Shown one piece after another: positions 1-9,688 of a stretch of 32,000 nt of DNA (position 1 is its first letter; every line of letters begins with the position of its first letter). The stretch spans positions 3,930,001 through 3,962,000 of the forward strand of contig NC_020304.1 of assembly GCF_000341395.1 (NCBI RefSeq), given 5' to 3'. A program made the position numbers and the translations under genes. Under the pieces are notes generated by a model, which made no database searches, was not told where the DNA came from, and saw nothing but the letters and a program-made list of their open reading frames with translations. Source of the DNA: Desulfocapsa sulfexigens DSM 10523. GTDB taxonomy: Bacteria; Desulfobacterota; Desulfobulbia; Desulfobulbales; Desulfocapsaceae.

Positions 1-366
1 TTACATAGTATTGCTGGCAGTGAGGTTGAAGAAACTGAATTAAATACCGATAACTTACATATAGATCTTGCGAGTGATACTGAATCCGAGTCGTCAACAA
101 ATTCAGAGGACGAAAGCAGCAGTCTTGATCGATTTGCAGCAACATCAGCCAATGCATCGGAAGATAACGATAACTCTCCTCTTGACAACTTCTCTGCCTG
201 CAGTCAGTCCGAAGAAACATCAGAATTCTCATCGGTTGAAGAAATTGACACCATAGACGACAATGCCACAGACCAGGTAGACGATGCCGGGTTAAATGAT
301 GTTAATGCTATCCAGGAAGACCTTTCCCAAGAAGCGGAACAGGTTGACGCGAATGGTGCATGTTGA
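1..366 (+). CDS. 3' end of an uncharacterised CDS truncated by the window edge; very acidic, Ser/Asp/Glu-rich C-terminus
   Basis: Frame 1 is open from base 1 to TGA at 364-366 (...SESSTNSEDESSS...EQVDANGAC*). Low-complexity acidic composition; no domain recognised. Not in the supplied ORF list because no start lies within the window. Confidence 0.55.
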   Translation, partial: LHSIAGSEVEETELNTDNLHIDLASDTESESSTNSEDESSSLDRFAATSANASEDNDNSPLDNFSACSQSEETSEFSSVEEIDTIDDNATDQVDDAGLNDVNAIQEDLSQEAEQVDANGAC

Positions 367-384
367 ACAAACAAAACCGGATAA

Positions 385-410
385 CCTGACAGTTTGTCGG
401 ATATCTTTTT
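385..410 (+). terminator. Weak rho-independent terminator-like hairpin after the truncated CDS
   Basis: CCtGACA-GTT-TGTCGG (one bulged T) followed by ATATCTTTTT, 19 nt after the stop codon at 366. Confidence 0.4.
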
Positions 411-557
411 CAGGGCCAGAGGTGAATTGTTTAAAGTTAAGCAGTGACAAAGCTACTTTAATAACATAGGATTATGGAGTAGCATCTGTTTATGTCATGT
501 ACAGAATAGTTTTTAATCCTGTATGTTAGTATTTACTCTTAACTTGTATTCATTTGC

Positions 558-2153
558 ATGATTGTGACATTTTGTGCCATCTTAGGATTGTCACCAAAAA
601 TTCGTTCAAACATCAGTACGCTGGTGTTGTGTTTAAGTACACTGTGGCTGACAGGATTATTACTTCCAACTCCTGCCCATACAACATCCATCCGTCTTCA
701 TGAGATCAAGACGACAGATTCTTTTACCACCAGCAGCCTTTCACTACCGAGAACTATAACTACAAAAGAAACAGAAGACCAGGCAACAACTGAATTTTTC
801 AGCCCCGGTTCAACACGTTCCGAGCCCGATATTCTCAAGGTATATAAAGCACTGTTCAAGCAAACCTGGGAACAATCACCTGATATTCAGGTTGCCAGGA
901 AAATGAAACAACAGAAAGCAGCAGAGCAATACACCGCCTGGGCCAACAGAATTTCCCCACAACTCGATTTTGAAATTGCTCAGAAACGTTTCCTGAACAA
1001 AGACCTAGCCGACGACACCATACAGACCAGCCTTGAAGAAGAAGTCCCATACACTGACGGAAAGGATATAACAGACTGGAATTTTGATCTGGATATTCCT
1101 CTCTACCGCCGTCCCCTTTCACTGGCTATTGATGTATCACGGATAGAATACGAGCTCGCAGCCAATAATCTTGAAATTAAAACCCGTGAACTTGATGCCC
1201 GGCTCCATGAATTGCTTGGGAACTACATGGTTGCCTCCTACAACCTGCATAATCTCGAAAACTCCATTTTTATTTCCGGTGAACATGTTAACAAAATTCA
1301 GCGTGGTTACGATTTACGGGACCAGACCAAACTGGCCCTACTGAGAGCTCAGGCGAACCTGAAGGAACTTGAAGCCAGAAGAGACCTCAACGGACAGAGA
1401 CGTGACACCACATTTCGGGAGCTTCTCGATTTCACTGCTATCCCCGAGAATGACCCCACTTGGCACTGGCTAAAAGAACTTCTTAACAGTGAACAACGTA
1501 CAGCAGGCTGTATTAACAGCTTTTCAGCATTACAGACAGGCACTGAAAAGATGCAGCCATTTCTGACTGAAGCATTAACGGAGGCGGAGCTACGTGATTT
1601 TTTTGTAAACAACAGCCTGCTCTATAAAAAGATTCTCCTCGAACGTAATCTCGGCAAAATCAAAGCAAAAAAATATACGCAACAGGAATGGCCGGCACTC
1701 TTCGTACGAGGAGAGTTTGACAGAAAAGCAGACACGCAGTTTAACGACTACAACGGTGAGGGCTCCATTGGCCTGGTTCTAAGCGTACCACTCTTCAGTG
1801 GCGGAACAATATTCAGTAATATCAAAACAGAAACTATGGCTTCCGATATTACTTCCATAGAAGAACATTCAACTATTTTAAGAACCTTCAATTCCATTGC
1901 CAATAAGAAAAAAACAATTTCCAGCTTACGCGATATATATGAAAAACAGCAAATCCACCTGCAGCAGCAGCAGGAGATTGTACGACTATCCCTCAAGTCC
2001 TACCAGATCAAGCAGACTTCCATGCAGGATCTCCTCACCAGTAAAAACCGCCTGATTGACGCAAAAAACCTTCTTATGCAAACCACCACTGATCTGGGTG
2101 TTCTACTTCGACAATTTGCCTGGGAACTGGGTACACCCTTCCCTGCTCCATAG
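558..2153 (+). CDS. TolC-family outer membrane efflux/secretion protein
   Basis: 531 aa ORF. Hydrophobic N-terminal segment and long coiled-coil-like helices; C-terminal 'SLKSYQIKQTSMQDLLTSKNRLIDAKNLLMQTTTDLGVLLRQ' resembles the TolC/OEP repeat. The true start may be downstream of 558. Confidence 0.7.
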   Translation: MIVTFCAILGLSPKIRSNISTLVLCLSTLWLTGLLLPTPAHTTSIRLHEIKTTDSFTTSSLSLPRTITTKETEDQATTEFFSPGSTRSEPDILKVYKALFKQTWEQSPDIQVARKMKQQKAAEQYTAWANRISPQLDFEIAQKRFLNKDLADDTIQTSLEEEVPYTDGKDITDWNFDLDIPLYRRPLSLAIDVSRIEYELAANNLEIKTRELDARLHELLGNYMVASYNLHNLENSIFISGEHVNKIQRGYDLRDQTKLALLRAQANLKELEARRDLNGQRRDTTFRELLDFTAIPENDPTWHWLKELLNSEQRTAGCINSFSALQTGTEKMQPFLTEALTEAELRDFFVNNSLLYKKILLERNLGKIKAKKYTQQEWPALFVRGEFDRKADTQFNDYNGEGSIGLVLSVPLFSGGTIFSNIKTETMASDITSIEEHSTILRTFNSIANKKKTISSLRDIYEKQQIHLQQQQEIVRLSLKSYQIKQTSMQDLLTSKNRLIDAKNLLMQTTTDLGVLLRQFAWELGTPFPAP

Positions 2154-2261
2154 AAAAAAACAAATATCGTTATTCTACTACTTCACGCCACCAATTCTTA
2201 AGTCTATACATTCATACAGAAGCGACCTTTAAACTACCCCAAAAGGGCCTGATGAAGCAGA

Positions 2262-2826
2262 GTTTCAATCCACGCCCCCGCATGGAGGGCGACTGGTCGC
2301 TGAGATCAGGATCATCAGAAGTGGCTGTGTTTCAATCCACGCCCCCGCATGGAGGGCGACTGATTAAGGGGTACTTATCAACCAAAAAAAGCATGTTTCA
2401 ATCCACGCCCCCGCATGGAGGGCGACCTATGGATCAATTTCTGTTGGTGTCGAATCCCGTGTTTCAATCCACGCCCCCGCATGGAGGGCGACGCAACTTG
2501 TCTCCTTACGGAAACCTCTAAATCTTGTTTCAATCCACGCCCCCGCATGGAGGGCGACGCAGTAAGCTGCGCTCATCCGGGTGGATTAAAAAAGTTTCAA
2601 TCCACGCCCCCGCATGGAGGGCGACTTTTAAATCACCTCCTGTTCACCCATGTGGCAGGTGTTTCAATCCACGCCCCCGCATGGAGGGCGACGACATCAC
2701 AAGATTCTCCGCTGTCAAGGATCTTACGTTTCAATCCACGCCCCCGCATGGAGGGCGACCACCCCTGACGGAACTCCGATGATATCCCCTGATGGTTTCA
2801 ATCCACGCCCCCGCATGGAGGGCGAC
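2262..2826 (-). CRISPR. Type I-C CRISPR array, 9 repeats and 8 spacers
   Basis: Perfect 32-bp repeat GTTTCAATCCACGCCCCCGCATGGAGGGCGAC at 2262, 2329, 2395, 2461, 2527, 2594, 2661, 2728 and 2795. Spacers are 34-35 bp. The reverse complement GTCGCCCTCCATGCGGGGGCGTGGATTGAAAC is a typical I-C repeat ending ATTGAAAC, so transcription is inferred on the minus strand. Confidence 0.98.
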
Positions 2827-3010
2827 TGTCAGCCTGCAATACTTCACAGTTACTGATGACAATGTGGCTTTGCTGCGAACTACAACAATTTACAGATCTC
2901 AACAATAAAACCACAAAACACAGTGGCCAATATTCACTAACATTTCAACTAGTAAACATAACCTGCGAACCATTCAGGGTTTTACTGTGCCATTAAGGTT
3001 CGCGACATCG
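2827..3010 (-). promoter_or_regulatory. Putative CRISPR leader between cas2 and the array
   Basis: A fairly AT-rich 184-bp non-coding segment between the cas2 stop and repeat 9, at the expected leader end given the repeat orientation. Confidence 0.65.
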
Positions 3011-3301
3011 TCAAACTAATAAAATCCCCTCCATATCAATGGCCTTCTTAGCCCCAACATGCTCGACCTTATTGTGCCAATTTGAACCTAAGAAATAAAA
3101 TCTCAGGCTATCAGCCTTTGGGTCAAATTCATCAAGCAATCTTTGTCGCAGCACTGCCCATTGGGCTGGGTCAACTATACATTCAAATACTGAGTATTGT
3201 ACACGCTGCCCGTAATCCTTACACGTCTTGGCTACTCTACGCAATCTCTTTGATCCACCTGAATCACTTGTCTTCACATCATAACTCACCAAAACAAACA
3301 T
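3011..3301 (-). CDS. cas2: CRISPR-associated endonuclease Cas2
   Basis: 96 aa; 'MFVLVSYDVKTSDSGGSKRLRRVAKTCKDYGQRVQYSVFECIVDPAQW' is a characteristic I-C Cas2 N-terminus; adjacent to cas1. Confidence 0.95.
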   Translation of the reverse strand: MFVLVSYDVKTSDSGGSKRLRRVAKTCKDYGQRVQYSVFECIVDPAQWAVLRQRLLDEFDPKADSLRFYFLGSNWHNKVEHVGAKKAIDMEGILLV

Positions 3302-3310
3302 ACGTTTACC

Positions 3311-4339
3311 TCATCTCCAAATCATTGGTGGGTAGCCATCCAGATCACCCCTGAAAAACCGAGCTAGCAACAAGGCCTGGGTATGGAAAAGCAGACCCAC
3401 TGGCATTTTTTCATCCACAAAAGCATGCACCAATACTTCCTGCTTTTTCTTCTGATAAGCTGTTAAAACGATCTTCCTCGTTTCATCATCCATCCGCACC
3501 CCACCGCCATTACTCACTTTAAAGCCTTTTGCCTTTACCTGACCAAGATTTATAAGAGAAAGGACAATCCTATCCACCCAGGGTCGAAACTCTTCCATCA
3601 TGTCAAGAGCCAGCCCAAAGCGCCCTGGACGATCACGATGCAAAAAGCCCACTGCAGGATCAAGGCCTACACACTCCAACGCAGACCGAACATCGTTCAT
3701 CAATATCATGTAGAGAAAAGAAAGTAGACAATTCACAAGATCTAAAGGCGGGCGACGCGACCTCTTCGTGAAATAAAATTCATCCTTCTGCTTTACTATC
3801 ATATGATCCAATACCTGGAAGTAGACATGACCACTATCTCCCTCTACTCCACGAACCATATCTAAATCCAAATCCGCTTTCAAACGTCCCAGTGAATTAT
3901 TCAACCGCCGAATCGCCTCCTGAATAGCCTCACAATCAATCCGTTCACCATGATCTCGAAGGATACGTTTTAAATTATGTCTACAATTTGCTATTTTGGC
4001 AGTCACAAAAGAGGTAGCGATCCTGGCTGAGAAATCCAGATCATCTGCACTTCGATACTGTTGACGACGAAGCAACACATTACCGGATACTGCGCCCTGC
4101 ACCCTGGCCAAGAATTTTCCATACTCAGTCAAAAAACTAAAAGTAATCCCACGCTCGCCACAAAATCCCATTAGAAATGGGCTGGCACCGACATTCCCAA
4201 AGCAGACAATCGACTCCAAAGTATGAATAGGTAGACGAAGACGAATCTCCTTCTCTACTTTCACAACAACAGTTTCACCCTCTTTGGCAAGGTATGCCCC
4301 CTGAGTAGTCACAAAAAGAGTATTCAAGTGCTTTTTCAT
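3311..4339 (-). CDS. cas1: CRISPR-associated endonuclease Cas1 (type I-C)
   Basis: 342 aa; 'MKKHLNTLFVTTQGAYLAKEGETVVV', 'RRPPLDLVNCLLSFLYMILMNDVRSALECVGLDPAVGFLH', 'GRFGLALDMMEEFRP'. Overlaps cas4 by 4 nt. Confidence 0.96.
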   Translation of the reverse strand: MKKHLNTLFVTTQGAYLAKEGETVVVKVEKEIRLRLPIHTLESIVCFGNVGASPFLMGFCGERGITFSFLTEYGKFLARVQGAVSGNVLLRRQQYRSADDLDFSARIATSFVTAKIANCRHNLKRILRDHGERIDCEAIQEAIRRLNNSLGRLKADLDLDMVRGVEGDSGHVYFQVLDHMIVKQKDEFYFTKRSRRPPLDLVNCLLSFLYMILMNDVRSALECVGLDPAVGFLHRDRPGRFGLALDMMEEFRPWVDRIVLSLINLGQVKAKGFKVSNGGGVRMDDETRKIVLTAYQKKKQEVLVHAFVDEKMPVGLLFHTQALLLARFFRGDLDGYPPMIWR

Positions 4340-4983
4340 TTCAGCATCTTCTCCAGATAGTGGGCCACTTTTTTTCTCTTCGAAAGCACTTTGGGCAGGC
4401 AGAGGGATTCAAAAGAACAACTCTTACATTTATTGCTATATTCAGGTTTTGGGGTTTGTTTTGATGCCAACAATAGATGAAGCCTTTCACTGGTATCCCG
4501 AGTCTTTTGCCGAAGCCTGTTATCAAAGACGACCTCCAAACGACGGTGTGTTGTCCCATAAAACATAGCTCCTTTTTCAATCTCTATCCCCAGCATTTCC
4601 TCTAAGCAAATTGCCTGGGCACAAAGTTGAACCCTATCAGAATCATCCTTTTTTGCTTTCCCCCGTTTATATTCCACTGGAAATGGCTGCCACCCCTTAT
4701 CTATCTTATAAAACTCCACGACATCTGCCCGTCCGGCTATGCCTAATTCCAAAGAATGTAAAGGAAGATCATACTCAATTCTTTTATCTTTACGCGATTC
4801 CCGACCTGCTTTATGCACCCGCTCATGCATGATTCGCCCTTCAGCCGTCAACCTGTTTTCCTCCCAAAGTTGTTCAATATGAATAAGAGCACATTGCCTT
4901 GGACAAAACAGCAGATGCTGAAGAGCTGAAAGCATGTGTAAGTTATCTTCAGTAAACATTTGTGTCATACCATACCACACCAC
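4336..4983 (-). CDS. cas4: CRISPR-associated exonuclease Cas4
   Basis: 215 aa; 'LSALQHLLFCPRQCALIH', 'GRADVVEF', 'PVEYKRGKAKKDDSDRVQLCAQAICLEEML', 'CKSCSFESLCLP'. The start is uncertain; an internal Met (MTQMFTEDN) may be used. Confidence 0.94.
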   Translation of the reverse strand: MVWYGMTQMFTEDNLHMLSALQHLLFCPRQCALIHIEQLWEENRLTAEGRIMHERVHKAGRESRKDKRIEYDLPLHSLELGIAGRADVVEFYKIDKGWQPFPVEYKRGKAKKDDSDRVQLCAQAICLEEMLGIEIEKGAMFYGTTHRRLEVVFDNRLRQKTRDTSERLHLLLASKQTPKPEYSNKCKSCSFESLCLPKVLSKRKKVAHYLEKMLK

Positions 4984-4998
4984 TGGCCATTCTCATTT

Positions 4999-5988
4999 CT
5001 ACCCTTTCTCGTTTGTGAGTAAATTAATAACAAGACGAATTAGTAAATCTTTTTGAGCTGGGTCGCTTGATGCTATGAGCAGAGTTAATGCCACCAAAGC
5101 CTTATCATCAAAATCCAACACATCACGATTCAACCTGAGAAACAGCAAAAAAAGAAAAGAACCTATACGCTTATTGCCATCAACAAAGGGATGATCCTTA
5201 ATAATGAAATATAGTAAATTAGCTGCTTTCTCTTGCACACTGGGATAGAGATCCTGTCCACCAAACGTCTGCTGAATAGCACCTAAAACCCCAGCCAAAC
5301 CTTCGCCCCGCTCCTGACCAAAGATGCCTGTTGCTTCACTTCTACTCAACAATTCCTGCTTTAAAGAACTGATGGCCGGACGTGCTTGATCAATCTCTAA
5401 CGCTTCAGATAATAGATCCATACTCTTCGGAATTGCCAGAGAAGCCTCGTCATACTGCCAGAGAAGTTGCCATGTTTTGGCATAAGCAGTAACAATAGAA
5501 AGCACTCCTCGCCCTTCGTCATTCACCAGTTTATGGTCTTCCAAAGTATTGGCTAGAAGTCCCAGCATTTGCCTGGCATCATCAAGACCTTTCTCTGCCA
5601 ATCGCTTCTGATTTAAAGTACATCCCTGTACCAGATGTTCTTTCAGGATCGAAGTTGCCCAGATCCTGAACTGTGTACCTCGCTTTGAATTAACTCGATA
5701 GCCAACAGAAATTATGGCATCAAGATTAAACCATTCAATAATTCGTGAGACCTCACGAGTCCCTTCTTGTTGAACTGTTGCATTTTCTGCAACAGTTGCC
5801 TCTCTAACAAGTTCACCACTCTGAAAAATATTACGTAAATGCCTTGAAATCACTGATTTGTCACGTTCAAACAAATCTGAAATCTGGTTCAGTGTTAACC
5901 AGACCGATTCGTCTTTAAGACGTACATCGACTCCAACCTTTCCATCATAAAACTGATAAAGTATCAATTCACCTTGCTCAAAGGTCAT
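4999..5988 (-). CDS. RhuM-like N-terminus fused to Fic/Doc domain, inserted in the cas operon
   Basis: ORF 4999..6018 begins with TTG. An internal ATG at 5988 with AGGAG 7 nt upstream (5996-6000) gives a 329 aa product. N-terminus 'VWLTLNQISDLFERDKSVISRHLRNIFQSGEL' is RhuM/HTH-like; C-terminus 'YPSVQEKAANLLYFIIKDHPFVDGNKRIGSFLFLLFL' carries a Fic/Doc motif. Confidence 0.9.
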   Translation of the reverse strand: MTFEQGELILYQFYDGKVGVDVRLKDESVWLTLNQISDLFERDKSVISRHLRNIFQSGELVREATVAENATVQQEGTREVSRIIEWFNLDAIISVGYRVNSKRGTQFRIWATSILKEHLVQGCTLNQKRLAEKGLDDARQMLGLLANTLEDHKLVNDEGRGVLSIVTAYAKTWQLLWQYDEASLAIPKSMDLLSEALEIDQARPAISSLKQELLSRSEATGIFGQERGEGLAGVLGAIQQTFGGQDLYPSVQEKAANLLYFIIKDHPFVDGNKRIGSFLFLLFLRLNRDVLDFDDKALVALTLLIASSDPAQKDLLIRLVINLLTNEKG

Positions 5989-6069
5989 ACACCTACTCCT
6001 GACATTGTTTTCTTCCAAGGTAATCGTTGCCAGGAAAGACAGACAACGGCTGTTACAACCAACTCACTC

Positions 6070-6936
6070 TCAAACCTCCAATACTGTCACCCCACTTGGC
6101 AAATCACCAGTCACTTCAATATTTGTATAGTCGGAAAAAGCCCTTGCTGGGTTCGCAGGATCTTTTAATCTAGGATTAGCAACCATCTCAAAAAGCTGTT
6201 GAGCGGAGGCGTTCCCAAGGGCAGAATCATGTTTGAAAACTATCAACTTTCTTGTTCCCATTAAACCACGGGCCGCAGAATGATCATGGTCAAACATATC
6301 ACGCAAGGCTTGCCATAACAATTCAAGATCTTCTTCAGAAAATCCAGTTTGACTTGCTAAGTGAGGAGAGATGAAACCATGGGCCCGGTAAAGGCCATAG
6401 GGCACTGTATATTTGCGCCCCATGGTCCTATTATCACCATGTTGTGCCTCAGCCTCTGCCTCTGTAGTCACTGCCATTCTGGTAATCGAATGTTCAGTGG
6501 CAATAATTGGATCAACTGAACGGGAGAAAGTGAGCTGCACAGGTCCTCGAACTTGGCCAGCATTTTTCCCCGTACTCATTACCGCCCCAAAGGTTCTGAT
6601 ATCGTAATAATTTGTACACATCCACTGCCTGGCTGACTCAACTTTTTCAGCAGATTTTTCTTGTTTTTTAACCTCATCAGTTTCATAAGGTTCATCAATA
6701 AGATTGTTAAGAACAGCCTTTTCCTTAATGAAAATATCAAATGGCCTTTTTGCTTCCTTAACCAACTGTACATAGTTTCTAATTTTCCTTTTCAGACACA
6801 CATCAGTAACAAGACCAAAACCCGTTTCAGCATCCATCCGCGGTAAATTTCCAGCATCAGGATCACCATTTGGGTTGCCATCCTGGACATCAAAGAACAA
6901 TACAAAGTCGTAACGATTTTTTATAATTTCAGACAT
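6070..6936 (-). CDS. cas7: Type I-C Cascade subunit Cas7 (Csd2)
   Basis: 288 aa; '[29 protein letters not shown]', '[13 protein letters not shown]', '[33 protein letters not shown]'. Confidence 0.96.
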   Translation of the reverse strand: MSEIIKNRYDFVLFFDVQDGNPNGDPDAGNLPRMDAETGFGLVTDVCLKRKIRNYVQLVKEAKRPFDIFIKEKAVLNNLIDEPYETDEVKKQEKSAEKVESARQWMCTNYYDIRTFGAVMSTGKNAGQVRGPVQLTFSRSVDPIIATEHSITRMAVTTEAEAEAQHGDNRTMGRKYTVPYGLYRAHGFISPHLASQTGFSEEDLELLWQALRDMFDHDHSAARGLMGTRKLIVFKHDSALGNASAQQLFEMVANPRLKDPANPARAFSDYTNIEVTGDLPSGVTVLEV

Positions 6937-6947
6937 AACTCTCTCCT

Positions 6948-8912
6948 TTATTCTTTATCTTCTTTCTTGGTGAACAGATCTTGACGTTGGTGATAATATC
7001 CCACTGCAAAACGAGCCTGAGCATCAAGGGGCAAGTGGGCTGGAATTTCTACAATACCACTAAATATTTCCCCCAATATGGTCTCAAAATAGACCCCTGC
7101 TCCACCTTTTAATTTGGCAAGATGGTGGTTCTTTAATTTCAGCAATTGTGGGAACACAGAAACAGGCGAACTGGAAGCTGCCCCATAAAACCGCTCGCGA
7201 ATGGTTTCTTTACCCTGTGCCCTCTTCTGAATATTCTCCAACACAGCAAAGAGACGACCCAACCGATAGGCTGGATTCATATTATTTTTATCAAGTGACA
7301 CGGATATCTCCTCATTCTCTATTTTATGATAATAACGATTTCTACGATTGACATACGCCTTCAGAATGGCCGCCCTTATTCGATTAACATGACGCTCGGC
7401 TCGAATTCGTCTCATACATTGCTGAAACAGGGTTACGGGATATGGTTTCCCCTCAAAAATTGCCTGCATAACTGCCCCGGCTAGATTAGGAGGGACATTG
7501 CTAATCTTAAAGTCAAAGGCAGTATGGGATAATAATTTATGGAGTGAGAAGAACTCCTGATCTTTGCCAGAACGAACAATCTCAAGATCATCAAAGTGAT
7601 TCTTAATCTTTTCAGCAAACTTGAGAACCGTACCTTGTGACCAAAATCGTACCGAAATACGGGCAGCATTTGGAGATAGCCCCAACACATAAAAAGGGAT
7701 ATCACTCTCTGCAGCAAGGCTCCCTGTATAGATACTTTCATAAAGGGCTCGCACTGCCTTGATCCCTGCATCAGGATCATCACTATCCTTTGGAGGGTCA
7801 GTAAAAAACAGACTAAAATCATTCTCTATTTGAGTTGCCTTACCTGCCCAAAAGACGGTGGTTGCATCACCAACAAAAATACGATTATTACTAGTTAAAA
7901 GAGTTGATAGAGCTGTGGAATACGCTGCCTGGGCATATTTCCCGACAGGAGCATTAAACCCTTGCTCTTTGCCATAGGAATCATAACCAGAGTTTTTTTG
8001 AAAACTAACCAAACCTGCTGTACTTTTTCCTCCAGCAATAGCAGTTGCAGCATGAAGACGCTGAATAGGCTGTTTTTTCCCGGTGACCAGACAATACGCT
8101 TCACGAGTCTCCGTTTCATCAGGAACTAAGGCCACAGATTTTTGATAGGTTATAACCGCCTCCCGTTCAGCAATGCCCCCGGCATCACCATCAAGGCGAA
8201 AGGTAAGATTGCAGCCATTAATTTCTCGACAACTTGGCCAGGCATCAAAACCCGTAACTTTTTGATATTCAGCTGTTGCATAAAAAGACACAACCGCTGC
8301 AACTCCCTCATCCGCCAACAATTCAGGTGGAAGTGTGTTTATTGTTTTTTTAAAAGTACCAAGCTGTTTATCAGCCATTTCCTTATCTTTCTTATAAGAT
8401 GAAATAACTGTTGAAATCACCTTGGTCTCTTGCAAGTTTTCAGGAAGTCCTAAGAGAATTTTCCGAAATGAGCCAAAGCTCTGTATCGTTTTCTCAGCAT
8501 CGATTTCATATTTTTCACAAAACTGCAAAGCCTTAGCAATACCAGGTTCCAGTCTCTCTTTCTCAGACAGCAAATCAAATTGTTTCCGCACCTGCTTGAT
8601 CGTTTTAGCGGCATCTTTTTTACTTTCTCCTTTGAGGTGCCCCAAAACATAACCAAAATGATCCCACAATAAACATGCTGTTGCCCAAGCGTTCTGTCCA
8701 CTTCTACCCTGAACTTTAGGAAGCAAAAATTTTCTTCCCACCAGCTTTTTGCCATTCATCTGTCTGGTATCCTGCAGGTCTACAACCTTACCGTGCCGAT
8801 CAAGAACAATGACAAAGGGAATTTCTTTCCATGCAAAACCAATGGGCGCAATTTTTGAATTTGGTTCCGCCGCCCTGCGTTCATAATATTCACATAGTGC
8901 CTGCAAGATCAT
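6948..8912 (-). CDS. cas8c: Type I-C Cascade large subunit Cas8c (Csd1)
   Basis: 654 aa; '[16 protein letters not shown]', '[12 protein letters not shown]'-like segment '[16 protein letters not shown]', '[19 protein letters not shown]'; located between cas5 and cas7. Confidence 0.95.
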   Translation of the reverse strand: MILQALCEYYERRAAEPNSKIAPIGFAWKEIPFVIVLDRHGKVVDLQDTRQMNGKKLVGRKFLLPKVQGRSGQNAWATACLLWDHFGYVLGHLKGESKKDAAKTIKQVRKQFDLLSEKERLEPGIAKALQFCEKYEIDAEKTIQSFGSFRKILLGLPENLQETKVISTVISSYKKDKEMADKQLGTFKKTINTLPPELLADEGVAAVVSFYATAEYQKVTGFDAWPSCREINGCNLTFRLDGDAGGIAEREAVITYQKSVALVPDETETREAYCLVTGKKQPIQRLHAATAIAGGKSTAGLVSFQKNSGYDSYGKEQGFNAPVGKYAQAAYSTALSTLLTSNNRIFVGDATTVFWAGKATQIENDFSLFFTDPPKDSDDPDAGIKAVRALYESIYTGSLAAESDIPFYVLGLSPNAARISVRFWSQGTVLKFAEKIKNHFDDLEIVRSGKDQEFFSLHKLLSHTAFDFKISNVPPNLAGAVMQAIFEGKPYPVTLFQQCMRRIRAERHVNRIRAAILKAYVNRRNRYYHKIENEEISVSLDKNNMNPAYRLGRLFAVLENIQKRAQGKETIRERFYGAASSSPVSVFPQLLKLKNHHLAKLKGGAGVYFETILGEIFSGIVEIPAHLPLDAQARFAVGYYHQRQDLFTKKEDKE

Positions 8913-9688
8913 TTGCGCACCTCTTCACTCTGCCAAGCTGGCACATCAATCCGCCCATTCACCATTTCAGGGCGATAAAAAGCAGGGATCGGATTTTCTG
9001 GATTGGTAAAATCCAAATCATAGAGCATAAAACCCAGATCACGATTATCTTGAATGGGCCTGGCCTTCTCCTGGTCTGGACGGTCAACAAGACGGAAAAA
9101 GGCAGAGAACTCACGGCAGCCTAGATATGGCTGGGTAAAGCATTGCCCCTTCCTGGCACGGCGTTCAAACATGGCTAAGTATTTACCGGGATTTTCATCT
9201 TTACCATTCTGCCAGGCATCCAGGCTTTCCTGAATTTGATCCTTTTCGCCATCATCCCAAAGTTGAACGGGGACCTGGCAGGCAATTTTCTTACGTTTAT
9301 CAACAGGTATATACTCAAGCCAGGCATGAATTCGGTAATGAACATCACGCAAAAATAAGCCTGCCCGTTGTTGCCTGTTCGATTCAATAAAGATTTCTTT
9401 TTTACTTCGAGATGCCAACGCCCCAACTTCATTACGGCGCACAGAGATCCAGTTTATAGGGTTTAACACCTCTATTTTTCGAATATGCCAGCGAATTGCT
9501 GGTTTCCAAAAGATTGCCTCAAAAATTGCCCGTGCCGAAGAAGGAGTGATGACATCATAACTGACCCGCTCAACCTTCATCTCTGGCCTAGTGAAGCAAG
9601 CGTAATCCCCCCACACTTCTAAGCAGAATGTTTTTTCATTTTTTCCCATAGGCATTGCCTCCATCTTATATAATAATTGCCCCATCAT
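8909..9688 (-). CDS. cas5c: Type I-C Cas5 (Cas5c/Cas5d)
   Basis: 259 aa; 'CLEVWGDYACFTRPEMKVERVSYDVITPSSARAIFEAIFWKPAIRWHI', 'PYLGCREFSAFF'. The start is probably at an internal Met (MPMGKNEK or MGKNEK). Confidence 0.95.
   Translation of the reverse strand: MMGQLLYKMEAMPMGKNEKTFCLEVWGDYACFTRPEMKVERVSYDVITPSSARAIFEAIFWKPAIRWHIRKIEVLNPINWISVRRNEVGALASRSKKEIFIESNRQQRAGLFLRDVHYRIHAWLEYIPVDKRKKIACQVPVQLWDDGEKDQIQESLDAWQNGKDENPGKYLAMFERRARKGQCFTQPYLGCREFSAFFRLVDRPDQEKARPIQDNRDLGFMLYDLDFTNPENPIPAFYRPEMVNGRIDVPAWQSEEVRK

Noticed and set aside
2252-2856. Overlapping ORFs such as 2252..2521, 2415..2768, 2525..2782 and 2650..2856, with repeated 'FNPRPRMEGD', 'SIHAPAWRA' and 'FQSTPPHGGR' peptides
   Set aside because: These are translations of the CRISPR repeat in three frames; the repeat-spacer structure explains them fully.
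5988-6018. Annotated TTG start of the RhuM-Fic ORF
   Set aside because: The ATG at 5988 has an AGGAG 7 nt upstream, so it is the better start; the upstream 10 codons are probably not translated.
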